Origin: an uncultured virus (IMG/VR IMGVR_UViG_3300002092_000043)
Taxonomy: Duplodnaviria > Heunggongvirae > Uroviricota > Caudoviricetes
Virus record (IMG/VR): IMGVR_UViG_3300002092_000043
Location: 1 to 64,000 of that record
Direction: 5' to 3' (one strand)
Length of the DNA stretch: 64,000 nt
Below are positions 7,827 to 16,578 of the stretch, piece after piece. The notes under the pieces were generated by a model. It was not told the origin of the DNA, made no database searches, and saw only the letters and a list, made by a program, of their open reading frames with translations. A program made the translations under genes and the position numbers. Each line of letters starts with the position of its first letter. Within the stretch, counting starts at the first letter, position 1.

Positions 7827-8380
7827 TATGGTCGTCCTTCTAGTAGTTTTTGCTTACGTTGGTTTACAGCAATTGATACAGGGCAAAAATTGCACAGGTA
7901 AGTCTTTGGACCTGCTTCATCTTGATAACGTGCCATACCTTCAGACTTACGTTCCTTGATGGTATTAGGGATAAGTAACTTACTCTTGTCTTGCCAATCA
8001 GCACAGCCGTCTTTTGGCTTGTTGTGTCGTTGGTAGCATTCCATCGCACCTTCCATGAAGGTAGAACGGGAGTCATAAAAACTGTCGTCAATTTCTGCAA
8101 GGCCCATAGAACCTCCGCCTTTAATCTGGCGAATGATTTCTTTCTTTGATTCAGACTTTGCCCACGCACGAAGTGGCAACGAAAATAGTTTACCTTTGTG
8201 TGGCTCACCTGACGGGAATACGTGTGGCTCACACGCAATAGTGAGAAGGTGGTCTAACTGTGGGTCGCCATCGTACGGTGGTAGTTCTTCTAGTGTTTGG
8301 CAAACAAGACAGTACAACAACCGAAACATAGGTTCCTGTTGTGGCACGTCTTTCTGCCCCAGTAAAGGTACGTTACTCAT
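7826..8380 (-). CDS. Cys/His-rich putative metal-binding protein
   Basis: CLVC..H..H, CYQRH..C..CNFC; AAGGAG SD. Confidence 0.75.
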   Translation of the reverse strand: MSNVPLLGQKDVPQQEPMFRLLYCLVCQTLEELPPYDGDPQLDHLLTIACEPHVFPSGEPHKGKLFSLPLRAWAKSESKKEIIRQIKGGGSMGLAEIDDSFYDSRSTFMEGAMECYQRHNKPKDGCADWQDKSKLLIPNTIKERKSEGMARYQDEAGPKTYLCNFCPVSIAVNQRKQKLLEGRP

Positions 8381-8415
8381 TGTGCTCCTTATAGTAGTCC
8401 GATTATCTTAACAGA

Positions 8416-8808
8416 TTATGAGTTCCAGAGACTCTGTTCGTGTGCATCTGAGGCTGCTTTTTGTTTGGCTGCACGCTTTGTTGCACGTGCTTCCATCTTC
8501 TTGTCACGCTCGCTTTTGACGCCAATTGCTTGACGAACAATTGACTGATGCTTGCCCGTAGTTGGGCTATGAGAAACGTCTGGGTAAATCCATCCACCTT
8601 CATGGTGAACAGCAATTGGGGTGTTATAAGACATGACGTGGTAATCAGTTGTATTTGCTACATCAGCAAGTTGGTTTGAAAATTGGGTACCGTTCAACCA
8701 GCCATGAGAAGATGGTGCGCCAGAGACTCCACGCATACTTGAACCCTGGAAAGGTTCACGTGCTTGGATAAGTGGTGCTGCTTTTGAGTTTGCTGTTCTT
8801 TTAGCCAT
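8416..8808 (-). CDS. Hypothetical protein
   Basis: 130 aa; SYNTPIA..SPTTGKHQ motif seen in small phage proteins. Confidence 0.75.
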   Translation of the reverse strand: MAKRTANSKAAPLIQAREPFQGSSMRGVSGAPSSHGWLNGTQFSNQLADVANTTDYHVMSYNTPIAVHHEGGWIYPDVSHSPTTGKHQSIVRQAIGVKSERDKKMEARATKRAAKQKAASDAHEQSLWNS

Positions 8809-8810
8809 GA

Positions 8811-9185
8811 TTACTTACCTGATTTCTTAGGGTGTGCTTTATTAACGCTTGCCTGTAATGCAGCAGAGCCCTTAACAATTCTTCCAGCCTTAATAACACC
8901 AGAGCCTAAAGTTTGTCGGTTTCTCTTTGCCATTTTCTTGTTCAGCATGGCGTTGCTACCGCTAACAGGACCTTCAAAGGCTTCACGGCGACCAGTACGA
9001 GGATTTTTTGCTGTTGCAGTACCGTCTGGATTAACCATAACACTACGGTCATTTAAGTAACTGTCTACCAAGCCAGCCTTGTTTAATACTGACTTAGGCG
9101 TACGGTTTCTTACAGACTGCTGCTTTACCGCTCTTTTGGCCAATGCACGAGTTGCTTCTTCGTCGCCTTTACGGATGATTGCCAT
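8811..9185 (-). CDS. Hypothetical basic protein
   Basis: 124 aa, ends KKSGK* in the junction motif. Confidence 0.75.
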   Translation of the reverse strand: MAIIRKGDEEATRALAKRAVKQQSVRNRTPKSVLNKAGLVDSYLNDRSVMVNPDGTATAKNPRTGRREAFEGPVSGSNAMLNKKMAKRNRQTLGSGVIKAGRIVKGSAALQASVNKAHPKKSGK

Positions 9186-9187
9186 GG

Positions 9188-9418
9188 TTACACCGTCCTA
9201 AACATTGAGAGCAACTCTTCACGTTGCTTTCTTTTTTGAGTTTGTTTTTTTATTTCTTTGTTTTTCTTTATCTTGTTGTCATTGGTGCAGTTACCACATT
9301 CAGTTCCAGCAAAGTAAGAGGTGGCATCTTCATGACCACACTTTGCAATAAACCTTGTACCAGATACTGTATCAATTTTTCTTGATAAGTCCGTTCCACG
9401 GTCTGGAACATTTGCCAT
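9188..9418 (-). CDS. Small Zn-binding basic protein
   Basis: CGH..CGNC; K-rich tail. Confidence 0.65.
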   Translation of the reverse strand: MANVPDRGTDLSRKIDTVSGTRFIAKCGHEDATSYFAGTECGNCTNDNKIKKNKEIKKQTQKRKQREELLSMFRTV

Positions 9419-9420
9419 GG

Positions 9421-9702
9421 TTACTTACCTGACTTTCTTACTTTAACGTTTCGTTTGCTATACCCAGGAACAACAGGTTGAAGATGCCCTGCATTTGGTC
9501 CACTTGTTAAGTTGTCATTTCCTTTTTTAAAAGAAACTCCTGAACCAGATTCCCATCCAAGAGCACCTTCCATTTTAGAAGTTACACTATTTCTTTTATC
9601 TTTAAAAAAATCCCACGTTGGACCAGGAACAGGTTTATTCTTCTTTGAAACTTGACGATACAAAGAACCTTTATCTGATTTCCTACGGTCATTAAACAAC
9701 AT
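9421..9702 (-). CDS. Hypothetical basic protein
   Basis: 93 aa, ends RKSGK*. Confidence 0.7.
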   Translation of the reverse strand: MLFNDRRKSDKGSLYRQVSKKNKPVPGPTWDFFKDKRNSVTSKMEGALGWESGSGVSFKKGNDNLTSGPNAGHLQPVVPGYSKRNVKVRKSGK

Positions 9703-9704
9703 GG

Positions 9705-9911
9705 TTACTTACCTGGGTTAACCTTGGTTGGGTATTCAGAAGTTAAAAAACCATAACCGTAAAAAGGATGGAGTGATTGGCGGTTATCTACAGTTGCTTC
9801 GTCTCCAAGACCGGCGATAACTTCAGTGTCAGGGCGAACCTTGCGGTACTTACCGTCTGTGGTCCCCTCATCTAGGGAACGGTTCATCGAACGTGATGAG
9901 TTAACTGTCAT
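9705..9911 (-). CDS. Hypothetical protein (start re-called at MTVNSS)
   Basis: ATG lies 1 nt after the upstream stop; ends NPGK*. Confidence 0.7.
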   Translation of the reverse strand: MTVNSSRSMNRSLDEGTTDGKYRKVRPDTEVIAGLGDEATVDNRQSLHPFYGYGFLTSEYPTKVNPGK

Positions 9912-9912
9912 G

Positions 9913-10845
9913 TTAGTTACCTTCTCTCTCGGCACGAATTCGTGCCATTCTTTCTGCTCTAGACTTTTGCTGACTTGCTGCTCTGCCCGAAGCAGCCGAT
10001 AGTCCAGCCTTAATTGTGTCACCTGCTGCTTGTTTTGCCATTGTTAACGCTTTGGCAGAATCAGGATGGTCTGGTTGTTTGTGGACTGCGTTGTAGGCAA
10101 CGTCCAGTATTCGACCTAATGATGGGTGGTAATTTGCAATTGTGGCGTGAGTAGCGTTGAACGCCTCATGGTGAGCGTGGTATGCGTCTGTTCCACGAGT
10201 TCTAACCATGGCGCTAATATGCTTCCAGGCATTGTTGAGGTGTTCTTTAAGGGCAGCGTGGTGCTCTGGGTTAGAGGTAGAGAAACCCTGTAGTGCGTCA
10301 CGTCCTGCGCTAGGAAGTTCTACTCTTGGGGTAATTACCTCTGGACCAGCAGTAGGAAGATGTGTGGTTACTGCGGCTTGTGTTGCTTCGCCAATGTTTT
10401 CATCGCTAACACGAACAACTCTTCCCCCAACTTTTGCAATCTGTCCTTTTTTAGGAGTTCTAATCTTCCCTGTTTTTGGGTCAATCTTTTTTCCAGTTTT
10501 GGTCGTAGTGCGTACAGCCTTCTTTCGTCTAGGCTTTGCACTATCAGTAGAAACTGCAACTACACCTTTTTTTAACTCTGAATTTTTTGCCGGACGTACA
10601 CCTGCTGCTTTTAACTTTTCATTAGTTGCTGGCTTTTTAGCCGCACGTTTTTGTACGGGTGCTTTGTATGGGCGTTCTCCAGCACCAAGTGCACCAGGTT
10701 TTGATTTAAACTTTGGTGTTTTACTTATCTTTTCTGCTTCACCACGTTCTTCATCCGTCATTTCAACAGTAGGTTTTAACAAACCTGTTTCTGTATCAGC
10801 AGGGTTTGCAGGTCCTACCCATGGTGCTTTCTTTCTCTTTGCCAT
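9913..10845 (-). CDS. Basic, Lys-rich N-terminal / His-rich helical C-terminal hypothetical protein
   Basis: Start re-called at MAKRKK through a TAATG overlap. Confidence 0.75.
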   Translation of the reverse strand: MAKRKKAPWVGPANPADTETGLLKPTVEMTDEERGEAEKISKTPKFKSKPGALGAGERPYKAPVQKRAAKKPATNEKLKAAGVRPAKNSELKKGVVAVSTDSAKPRRKKAVRTTTKTGKKIDPKTGKIRTPKKGQIAKVGGRVVRVSDENIGEATQAAVTTHLPTAGPEVITPRVELPSAGRDALQGFSTSNPEHHAALKEHLNNAWKHISAMVRTRGTDAYHAHHEAFNATHATIANYHPSLGRILDVAYNAVHKQPDHPDSAKALTMAKQAAGDTIKAGLSAASGRAASQQKSRAERMARIRAEREGN

Positions 10846-11051
10846 TAGTGTGACATCCTGTTCTTCGCACGACGAGAACGGTCTTGAGTTACACAACTAA
10901 GGCAACGTCCCTTATGGCTGTTAAGGAACTCAACTGGGTTCATAATAACTCCGCATCCTGGGCATGGATGTGAACCTTTGTATTGGGTTGCGTTTTCTGC
11001 AATCTTCTTTGCTTGAAGTTCCATGGTAATCATGCCGTCTCCGTCATCCAT
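10845..11051 (-). CDS. Small zinc-finger protein
   Basis: CPGC..CLSC. Confidence 0.7.
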   Translation of the reverse strand: MDDGDGMITMELQAKKIAENATQYKGSHPCPGCGVIMNPVEFLNSHKGRCLSCVTQDRSRRAKNRMSH

Positions 11052-11209
11052 TATTTAACCCCCTTCTTAACATTGTGTTGCATTGCAATAGTACGGTCTG
11101 GTACTGGCTTTGTAGGCTGTGTTTGTGATTGTTGAACATTACTAAGGAGAAAAGGTTTTAATTTTTGGCGCATAAATGTGCGCTCGACAGAACGAATGGC
11201 TTTAATCAT
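11051..11209 (-). CDS. Hypothetical 52-aa protein (not in ORF track)
   Basis: MIKAIRSVERTF...KKGVK*; TAATG overlaps at both ends fill the gap exactly. Confidence 0.6.
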   Translation of the reverse strand: MIKAIRSVERTFMRQKLKPFLLSNVQQSQTQPTKPVPDRTIAMQHNVKKGVK

Positions 11210-11571
11210 TACAAGTTACCCAAATCGTTTCTACTAGTGCCGCTGTATCCGCCTGCTCCACCTGAATACCAGGATACACGTGGCTCTGTGTAATTTCTGT
11301 CTACACTTACAATATCTTCAATAGTTGGCTCAATGCGTGCTCCATACCCAAAACGGTCTGGAAACAATTGAATCTGGGGCAATGGTGGTCGAACCATTGC
11401 TTGTATATCTTTGCCAGGTACGTTCATAATCATCAAGGCTTGAGTGGTTAGACGCTCCATGTTAGTTGACCATGGACCGTTGTACTGCCATTTTTTAGCA
11501 ACTTGGTCAGGTTCAACTGGTGCACGCCAAGATTTACTATGGTCATAAACCCCATCAAATGGATTAGTCAC
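11209..11571 (-). CDS. Hypothetical protein
   Basis: 120 aa, coupled; GGAG upstream of GTG. Confidence 0.75.
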   Translation of the reverse strand: MTNPFDGVYDHSKSWRAPVEPDQVAKKWQYNGPWSTNMERLTTQALMIMNVPGKDIQAMVRPPLPQIQLFPDRFGYGARIEPTIEDIVSVDRNYTEPRVSWYSGGAGGYSGTSRNDLGNL

Positions 11572-11572
11572 G

Positions 11573-12106
11573 TTATCTCCAGGCTGGCTTTAGATAAGAC
11601 ATCATTGCTTGACGGCGTTCGTTAATTTCTCCTGGGCTTGTGGCAATTGTGTTTGCTTTACCATCATTTACAAGGTGTGGAGCAGGAGTAAGTTGAACTT
11701 GTGGGGCGTTACGAAGTGAACGGTAAACAGTTACACCATTTGAGGTATCTACGACTGACGCCATTTGGCGTTGCAAACCACTCATTGGCCCCATTGACTC
11801 AGGCCAAAAGTACATGGATGGCTCAACACGCTCACCCTTGTGAACTCCACGTTGATATGATTTTTGGTTAACACGTGACTTGATTGAATCAAGTAGTCGG
11901 TCATCTCGACGGGACCGAATCGTTCCTAAATAACCGTCTGGATATTCTGCTGATGGAACACGTCCCACGCCAATGCGTGTTGCATCCATTGAATCACGGG
12001 CTACAGGAGTTCCTGCACCACCCTGATTGTTGTACCCATACATACCGCCGCCGCCAAGTGACTGCCAGTTCTGTGAGGGAGAAAGATTATTTACTCCACC
12101 AGCCAT
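11573..12106 (-). CDS. Hypothetical protein
   Basis: 177 aa; PSAEYPDGYLG..RRDDRLL..YQRGVHKGER. Confidence 0.75.
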   Translation of the reverse strand: MAGGVNNLSPSQNWQSLGGGGMYGYNNQGGAGTPVARDSMDATRIGVGRVPSAEYPDGYLGTIRSRRDDRLLDSIKSRVNQKSYQRGVHKGERVEPSMYFWPESMGPMSGLQRQMASVVDTSNGVTVYRSLRNAPQVQLTPAPHLVNDGKANTIATSPGEINERRQAMMSYLKPAWR

Positions 12107-12717
12107 TAGACACCTCTATTTCGGCGGTTCTTTGCAATCGTTGCATAAACTTCGTTTATAGAAATAGGTCGAGTACCTTTACGACCACGTTTACCAACAG
12201 TTGCACTACGACTAATGTGCGCTTGGTCTGCAAAATCTTGTGAAGTTGCTCGTGGTCTAGGAGACATACGCTCTGGAATACTTGTTGCTTCTGGTGTTGA
12301 TTTCCATTCAGAGTCTGTTTCGTGTCCGCCTACTTCACGATTAAAATAAATCTCTCCACCTTCAGGACGACGAGCATCTGTTCCACCTAAATCATATCCA
12401 GCAATTTGCTTACCTAATACACCTGATTTACGAGAGGCTTCTAAAGTGGGTTCTTTTCTAGAGATATCTTGAAATATCTTTTTGTTTGATTCCCACGCTC
12501 CGTGGTACTCATTGTTTGAGGCAGCGTTACCGTGTTCATCACGAAAACTTTGCGCTTGTTCAGGAGTCAATGGGGCATCAGTAATCTTTTCAGCACCAGG
12601 AATGGACACCATTACTCCTGGACCTTTTGCAGGTTCAGCAGTTTGAATATTGTGGCTTGCACCACCTTCGGTGTTCACAATATGAGCAAATGCTTTTGCA
12701 CTTAATGCATCATGCAT
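12106..12717 (-). CDS. Hypothetical protein
   Basis: 203 aa, coupled. Confidence 0.75.
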   Translation of the reverse strand: MHDALSAKAFAHIVNTEGGASHNIQTAEPAKGPGVMVSIPGAEKITDAPLTPEQAQSFRDEHGNAASNNEYHGAWESNKKIFQDISRKEPTLEASRKSGVLGKQIAGYDLGGTDARRPEGGEIYFNREVGGHETDSEWKSTPEATSIPERMSPRPRATSQDFADQAHISRSATVGKRGRKGTRPISINEVYATIAKNRRNRGV

Positions 12718-12719
12718 TA

Positions 12720-12977
12720 TTAACCTCCGAAACTAGCGCCCTTGTCTGACGTTGGTGCCTCTGCCTTTGGTGCATCATCCCAGTTCAAAGTAGTTCCACG
12801 TGTCTTTGATGAATACGCAGAAGGACCGCTACCACGTTCGTTACTGCGCCACGCAAGGCGTGCGGCAGTACTTCCGGTGGTGTTTGTACTGAGAGCGAGA
12901 GGAGGTGTTATATCTCGGTGTTGTTCAACGCCGGAAACACCATCATCAAACAGAGATGCAGAAAGTGGGGATGACAT
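12720..12977 (-). CDS. Hypothetical protein
   Basis: 85 aa, coupled. Confidence 0.65.
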   Translation of the reverse strand: MSSPLSASLFDDGVSGVEQHRDITPPLALSTNTTGSTAARLAWRSNERGSGPSAYSSKTRGTTLNWDDAPKAEAPTSDKGASFGG

Positions 12978-13435
12978 TATCGAACGCTGTTCATACCATC
13001 GTCAAAGTTTGGTGTTTGACGTCCTGCAACCGATGGAATGGTGCGTGCGTTTGCCATTGTTGGCGCTGCTTCTGGAGCAACTGATGGCGCAAAGTTTACC
13101 ACTGTGCGGTAACGAGCACCCATACGCTCTGATGCTGCTGCGTTTCCAGATGAAACATTCTTCTTGTTTGCTTTTCCGCCAGCAGTTGGGTCAGATGCTT
13201 GAGCATTTTTCTTACCAATGAGCGTACCCTTTGCAGGCTTTGCACTTGGTGATGAGAATGCTGCTGCTCCTTGACCAACGTACTTACGTGGTGAGTTAGC
13301 GTGTTCTGCAGAAGCAATTACTTCTTCTGGTGTCATAATATTTCTAGCCATGCTGTTACCTGCCGCTTCGTGATGGTTGGAAGGTGCGCCCATGCGACGA
13401 CGCATTGCGTGACCTAGTGATGTCCAAGATGCCAT
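12977..13435 (-). CDS. Hypothetical Ala-rich/disordered protein
   Basis: 152 aa; AAGGAG SD; TTATCCTT upstream. Confidence 0.75.
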   Translation of the reverse strand: MASWTSLGHAMRRRMGAPSNHHEAAGNSMARNIMTPEEVIASAEHANSPRKYVGQGAAAFSSPSAKPAKGTLIGKKNAQASDPTAGGKANKKNVSSGNAAASERMGARYRTVVNFAPSVAPEAAPTMANARTIPSVAGRQTPNFDDGMNSVR

Positions 13436-13472
13436 GGTGACTCCTTAATCTATATCCAAGGATAAGTCTTAA

Positions 13473-13766
13473 TTAACTTGCTGTAATGGCGAATACAATG
13501 GCGGAAATTTCTCCGTCACGGGATTCAATTGTGGTAAAACCTGGTTTGCAAGTTAAATCAAGGCCTCTAGGGGCTACATAGCCACGGGCGATTGCCAATG
13601 CTTTAACTGCCTGGTTAACGGCGCCTGCGCCTACGGCACGGAGTTTTACCTCACGCTTGTCGTAAATTGCGTGGGCGATTGCTGATGCAACACTCTGTGG
13701 GTTGGAACCAGCACTCACTCGGAGAAATGGCTCTTCGACAGATGCTACGTCTGGTGTGTTAGTCAA
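13473..13766 (-). CDS. spoVS: SpoVS-family (Alba-like fold) protein
   Basis: LRVSAGSNPQSVASAIA..LRAVGAGAVNQAVKALAIARGYVAPRGLDL.CKPGF closely follows the SpoVS consensus. Confidence 0.92.
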   Translation of the reverse strand: MTNTPDVASVEEPFLRVSAGSNPQSVASAIAHAIYDKREVKLRAVGAGAVNQAVKALAIARGYVAPRGLDLTCKPGFTTIESRDGEISAIVFAITAS

Positions 13767-13773
13767 TTGTTAG

Positions 13774-13816
13774 TCCTTTAGTTCGATATGGTGTGCCACT
13801 CCCGAACTAAAGGATA
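13774..13816 (-). promoter_or_regulatory. SD-sequestering hairpin overlapping a putative -10 (TATCCT)
   Basis: Perfect 12-bp inverted repeat tcctttagttcg (13774-13785) / cgaactaaagga (13803-13814); the 3' arm contains the spoVS SD. Confidence 0.7.
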
Positions 13817-13819
13817 AGG

Positions 13820-14404
13820 CTAAATACGTTGCTGGTCTCTGTATTTAGAGTCTGACATTTGTTCTACGATTGCTTTTTCTACCTCATTTATATGGTTTCC
13901 AGAGACTAATCGGGCTAACGCATAGGAGTCTGCGGCGTTGTCATCGTTAAACTCAAGACCCCAACGCTTGTAAATCTGCAACAACATCTCTTGTTTCTTG
14001 GCGTTGCCTTTTCCTGCTGCGTACTTCTTTAGAGTCATTGGAGGAACTTTAAGGGGGTATTTACGAACATCATCAAACATGTCGTAAATTGCTAAACGAA
14101 CTGTTGCTGACAACTCTCCCAACACCAATGCTGCTTGGCTGGCAAGAACTGTTCCTTCCATTGCAATACCTAGAATTTCAAGTTCTAACTCTTCTTCAAC
14201 ATAGTTAATAGTGTCAAATAACCATTGGCGAATATCTACTAGTCTTTCAATACCGAAATAAGGAGACTTGTATACCCACGTCAAATGTTTTGTAGGTTCT
14301 GCAACTGACATAACTGTCAGTGCAAACCCTGTCAGTGATTGGTCAATTCCAATCGTGACGTTACCTGTCTTAGGTAACCCACCATCAATAAGTTTAGTTG
14401 GCAT
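13820..14404 (-). CDS. ruvC: RuvC-like Holliday junction resolvase
   Basis: IGIDQSLTGF, ME, PPMTLKKYAAGKGNAKK, DDNAADS. Confidence 0.88.
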   Translation of the reverse strand: MPTKLIDGGLPKTGNVTIGIDQSLTGFALTVMSVAEPTKHLTWVYKSPYFGIERLVDIRQWLFDTINYVEEELELEILGIAMEGTVLASQAALVLGELSATVRLAIYDMFDDVRKYPLKVPPMTLKKYAAGKGNAKKQEMLLQIYKRWGLEFNDDNAADSYALARLVSGNHINEVEKAIVEQMSDSKYRDQQRI

Positions 14405-14960
14405 TTGCGCTAAACTCCACACGTCTACAAACCATTTGACGTAAGTCGTCTAAAGTTCCATTGTTGTTAAGTATTTGGTCAAATTTGTAATCATCTAAAT
14501 CGTGTTCTGAAACGTGACTATTTACTGCTTCTATACCTGGTCGTTTTACACGCCATATTTGCGTGTTGTCTGGTGACCACTTTTTTAAGTAATGTGCTTC
14601 GTTCTGAAATCGAACATCAGTTATCACTGTTGGAATACTCCAGTCATAACCCCACAATAATTGGCCAACCCAAAAAGTATCTCCAAATACTTTACGAGCA
14701 CCTACACCTAAATTTTGCAAATGTTGTCGTACTTGTGGTTCTTGTTTCGTAACTTCCCAACCGTATGCATCTACTAATGATTGAAGACTGTGTAATCCAC
14801 CATCAGGATTTGTCTTACGCTTAATGGGTGGGTCCATCTCATACAACAATTCACGAATTTTGTCCGCAAACGCTACTCGTCTAAATCCATATACCTCTAC
14901 AAGTATATTTGCAACAGTGTCTTTTCCAGATTGTGCGTATCCAGATAGCCCAATAATCAC
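14394..14960 (-). CDS. Deoxynucleoside monophosphate kinase
   Basis: IIGLSGYAQSGKDT P-loop, FAD..R, R..LQ.LG, ITDVRF.NE, H.SE. Confidence 0.9.
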   Translation of the reverse strand: MIIGLSGYAQSGKDTVANILVEVYGFRRVAFADKIRELLYEMDPPIKRKTNPDGGLHSLQSLVDAYGWEVTKQEPQVRQHLQNLGVGARKVFGDTFWVGQLLWGYDWSIPTVITDVRFQNEAHYLKKWSPDNTQIWRVKRPGIEAVNSHVSEHDLDDYKFDQILNNNGTLDDLRQMVCRRVEFSANAN

Positions 14961-15418
14961 ATGTAGTCCTTTCGGTTGGCTCGTTGGTCTGACGTACGAC
15001 GAGTAATCTCTCTTGATACCAATGTGATATCACGTTCTTGATTTCCTAGCATTACTTCCCACGCTTTACGTTGAACATATGCTTGATGATGCTTATCTTC
15101 TAAATCTTGTACATCTTCGTCCATGGAAATCTGTGCTTTGACAAGAGTGACTCTATCTCCCTTCTCTTTGGCTCCCATCTTTTCTACCAACAGAGATGCA
15201 ACTTTTCTGTCTAGTTTCTTTTCAAATGTTCTTTCTTGAATTTGTGCGTTGGCTAACTGAGTAGCAATGTAATCTGCCCATCCAGTAAGGATTGTAAACA
15301 TTTCGGCTAACTGCTCGCTAGAAAGTGCTGTAATGTCTGGTGGCAATTTAACCATTTCATATTTAGGTTGCTTTGCTGCCGATAATTGGTCGTAAACTGT
15401 TAGGGAATCAAGTTGCAT
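14957..15418 (-). CDS. Coiled-coil protein, possibly UvsY-like recombination mediator
   Basis: All-helical 153 aa in a recombination cluster; the function is inferred. Confidence 0.45.
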   Translation of the reverse strand: MQLDSLTVYDQLSAAKQPKYEMVKLPPDITALSSEQLAEMFTILTGWADYIATQLANAQIQERTFEKKLDRKVASLLVEKMGAKEKGDRVTLVKAQISMDEDVQDLEDKHHQAYVQRKAWEVMLGNQERDITLVSREITRRTSDQRANRKDYM

Positions 15419-16239
15419 GACTTACACCCTTCTTCTGGGTTGATGTTGCACTCAGGCATTACACCTGCTGTTACAGCGTCAATAACCTTTTTAGCCTTAA
15501 AGAACGTACGGTCTACAATTTCGTAATCTGCTTTAACAGTAAACTCTTTGTAAGACTGGTCAGCCTTAAGTTCGTATAAGAAAACAATTTCATTTGGCGC
15601 TTCATCACCAAACATACGTTTTGCCAGTTCAAGATACATCTGGCCCTGGAGTAAGTGACTTCTAAATGGGCGCTTTATACTGTTAAACGCTTTAAAGATG
15701 TCTCCATTGTTATCTAGAAGAAGTTCTGGCGCTTCGTAACGGAAGGTACCTGAACCAATAGACTTGATTTCAATAAGGCAATCGTTTCCAATTCCCTTAA
15801 TCCATCCGTCAGTATGACCAGCAATTCGTAGGTCATTGTCAACAAGTGTGACCTCTTTGTACTCCATACGAGTATCTCCACACTTTTCACAGGACGTTGG
15901 GGAAGTCCCTGTTACCGACTCTCCGCAGTGCATACATTGGAAACGACCATACAAGTTCCCCATTTCATGGAACCAGTTCTGCCACTTATGGTGAATTGCG
16001 TGCCCTTCGTCAAAGATAGATTGCAAACGTAGGTTTGGCTTCTCTTTTTTGGACTCTCCACCTGTCATCAAGTAGTACGAATACTTATAGCAAAAATCTG
16101 CTTTAATGATTTCAGATGGGTGAAGAACCGTTGTAGAACGGTCTCCTAGTGGACGGCGCATGAGGTGTCGCTCAATATCACCAATTAGACGTGGTTCACG
16201 CTTCTTAGCATCTAAGAAACGTTTTAGGTCGTTTTCCAT
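15400..16239 (-). CDS. Cas4-like / PD-(D/E)XK exonuclease
   Basis: HPSE..C, GHTDG..IEIKS, QxxxY, C-terminal C..CKSC. Confidence 0.85.
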   Translation of the reverse strand: MENDLKRFLDAKKREPRLIGDIERHLMRRPLGDRSTTVLHPSEIIKADFCYKYSYYLMTGGESKKEKPNLRLQSIFDEGHAIHHKWQNWFHEMGNLYGRFQCMHCGESVTGTSPTSCEKCGDTRMEYKEVTLVDNDLRIAGHTDGWIKGIGNDCLIEIKSIGSGTFRYEAPELLLDNNGDIFKAFNSIKRPFRSHLLQGQMYLELAKRMFGDEAPNEIVFLYELKADQSYKEFTVKADYEIVDRTFFKAKKVIDAVTAGVMPECNINPEEGCKSCNLIP

Positions 16240-16242
16240 TTA

Positions 16243-16575
16243 TTAGTCCTTACTCATTATGAATTCTTCTAGTGTCATCTTTTTACGGTAACTTTTTTGC
16301 CACTTACGGATTAATGCGTTCCTTTCACGGTGACTAAGACCACCCCAAATGCCGTGGGGTTCATCACGGCTAACCGCATCCCATAAGCATTCTTTACGGA
16401 CTGGACAATGGCTTTTCTTGTTTTCTCCAAAACAATACGCTTTGGCTTTAGCAGCAATGACACGGTATTGCTCTTTATCCCTAGGTGGGTAGAAGATATC
16501 ATCTTCATCTTTGGACTTAGGAGCAGCGCCTTTGCAGTTTGCATATGACCACCAGGGGTCTTCATTGTTGTACAT
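16243..16575 (-). CDS. whiB: WhiB-family Fe-S transcription factor
   Basis: ANC..FYP..AKAYC..CPVRKECL..GIWGGLS.RER. Confidence 0.95.
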   Translation of the reverse strand: MYNNEDPWWSYANCKGAAPKSKDEDDIFYPPRDKEQYRVIAAKAKAYCFGENKKSHCPVRKECLWDAVSRDEPHGIWGGLSHRERNALIRKWQKSYRKKMTLEEFIMSKD

Positions 16576-16578
16576 GTA

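Noticed and set aside
8805..9715. CAGGTAAGT as a eukaryotic 5' splice site, or the junction repeats as CRISPR repeats
   Set aside because: The motif coincides with SD + stop + start in a prokaryotic operon, and the intervening sequences are whole ORFs of unequal length.
13767..13820. tRNA suggested by GTTCGA
   Set aside because: Too short for a cloverleaf; explained by the 12-bp SD-sequestering hairpin.
15400..16239. CRISPR-Cas system
   Set aside because: This is a solo Cas4-like nuclease in a recombination operon; no cas1/cas2 or repeat-spacer array is present.
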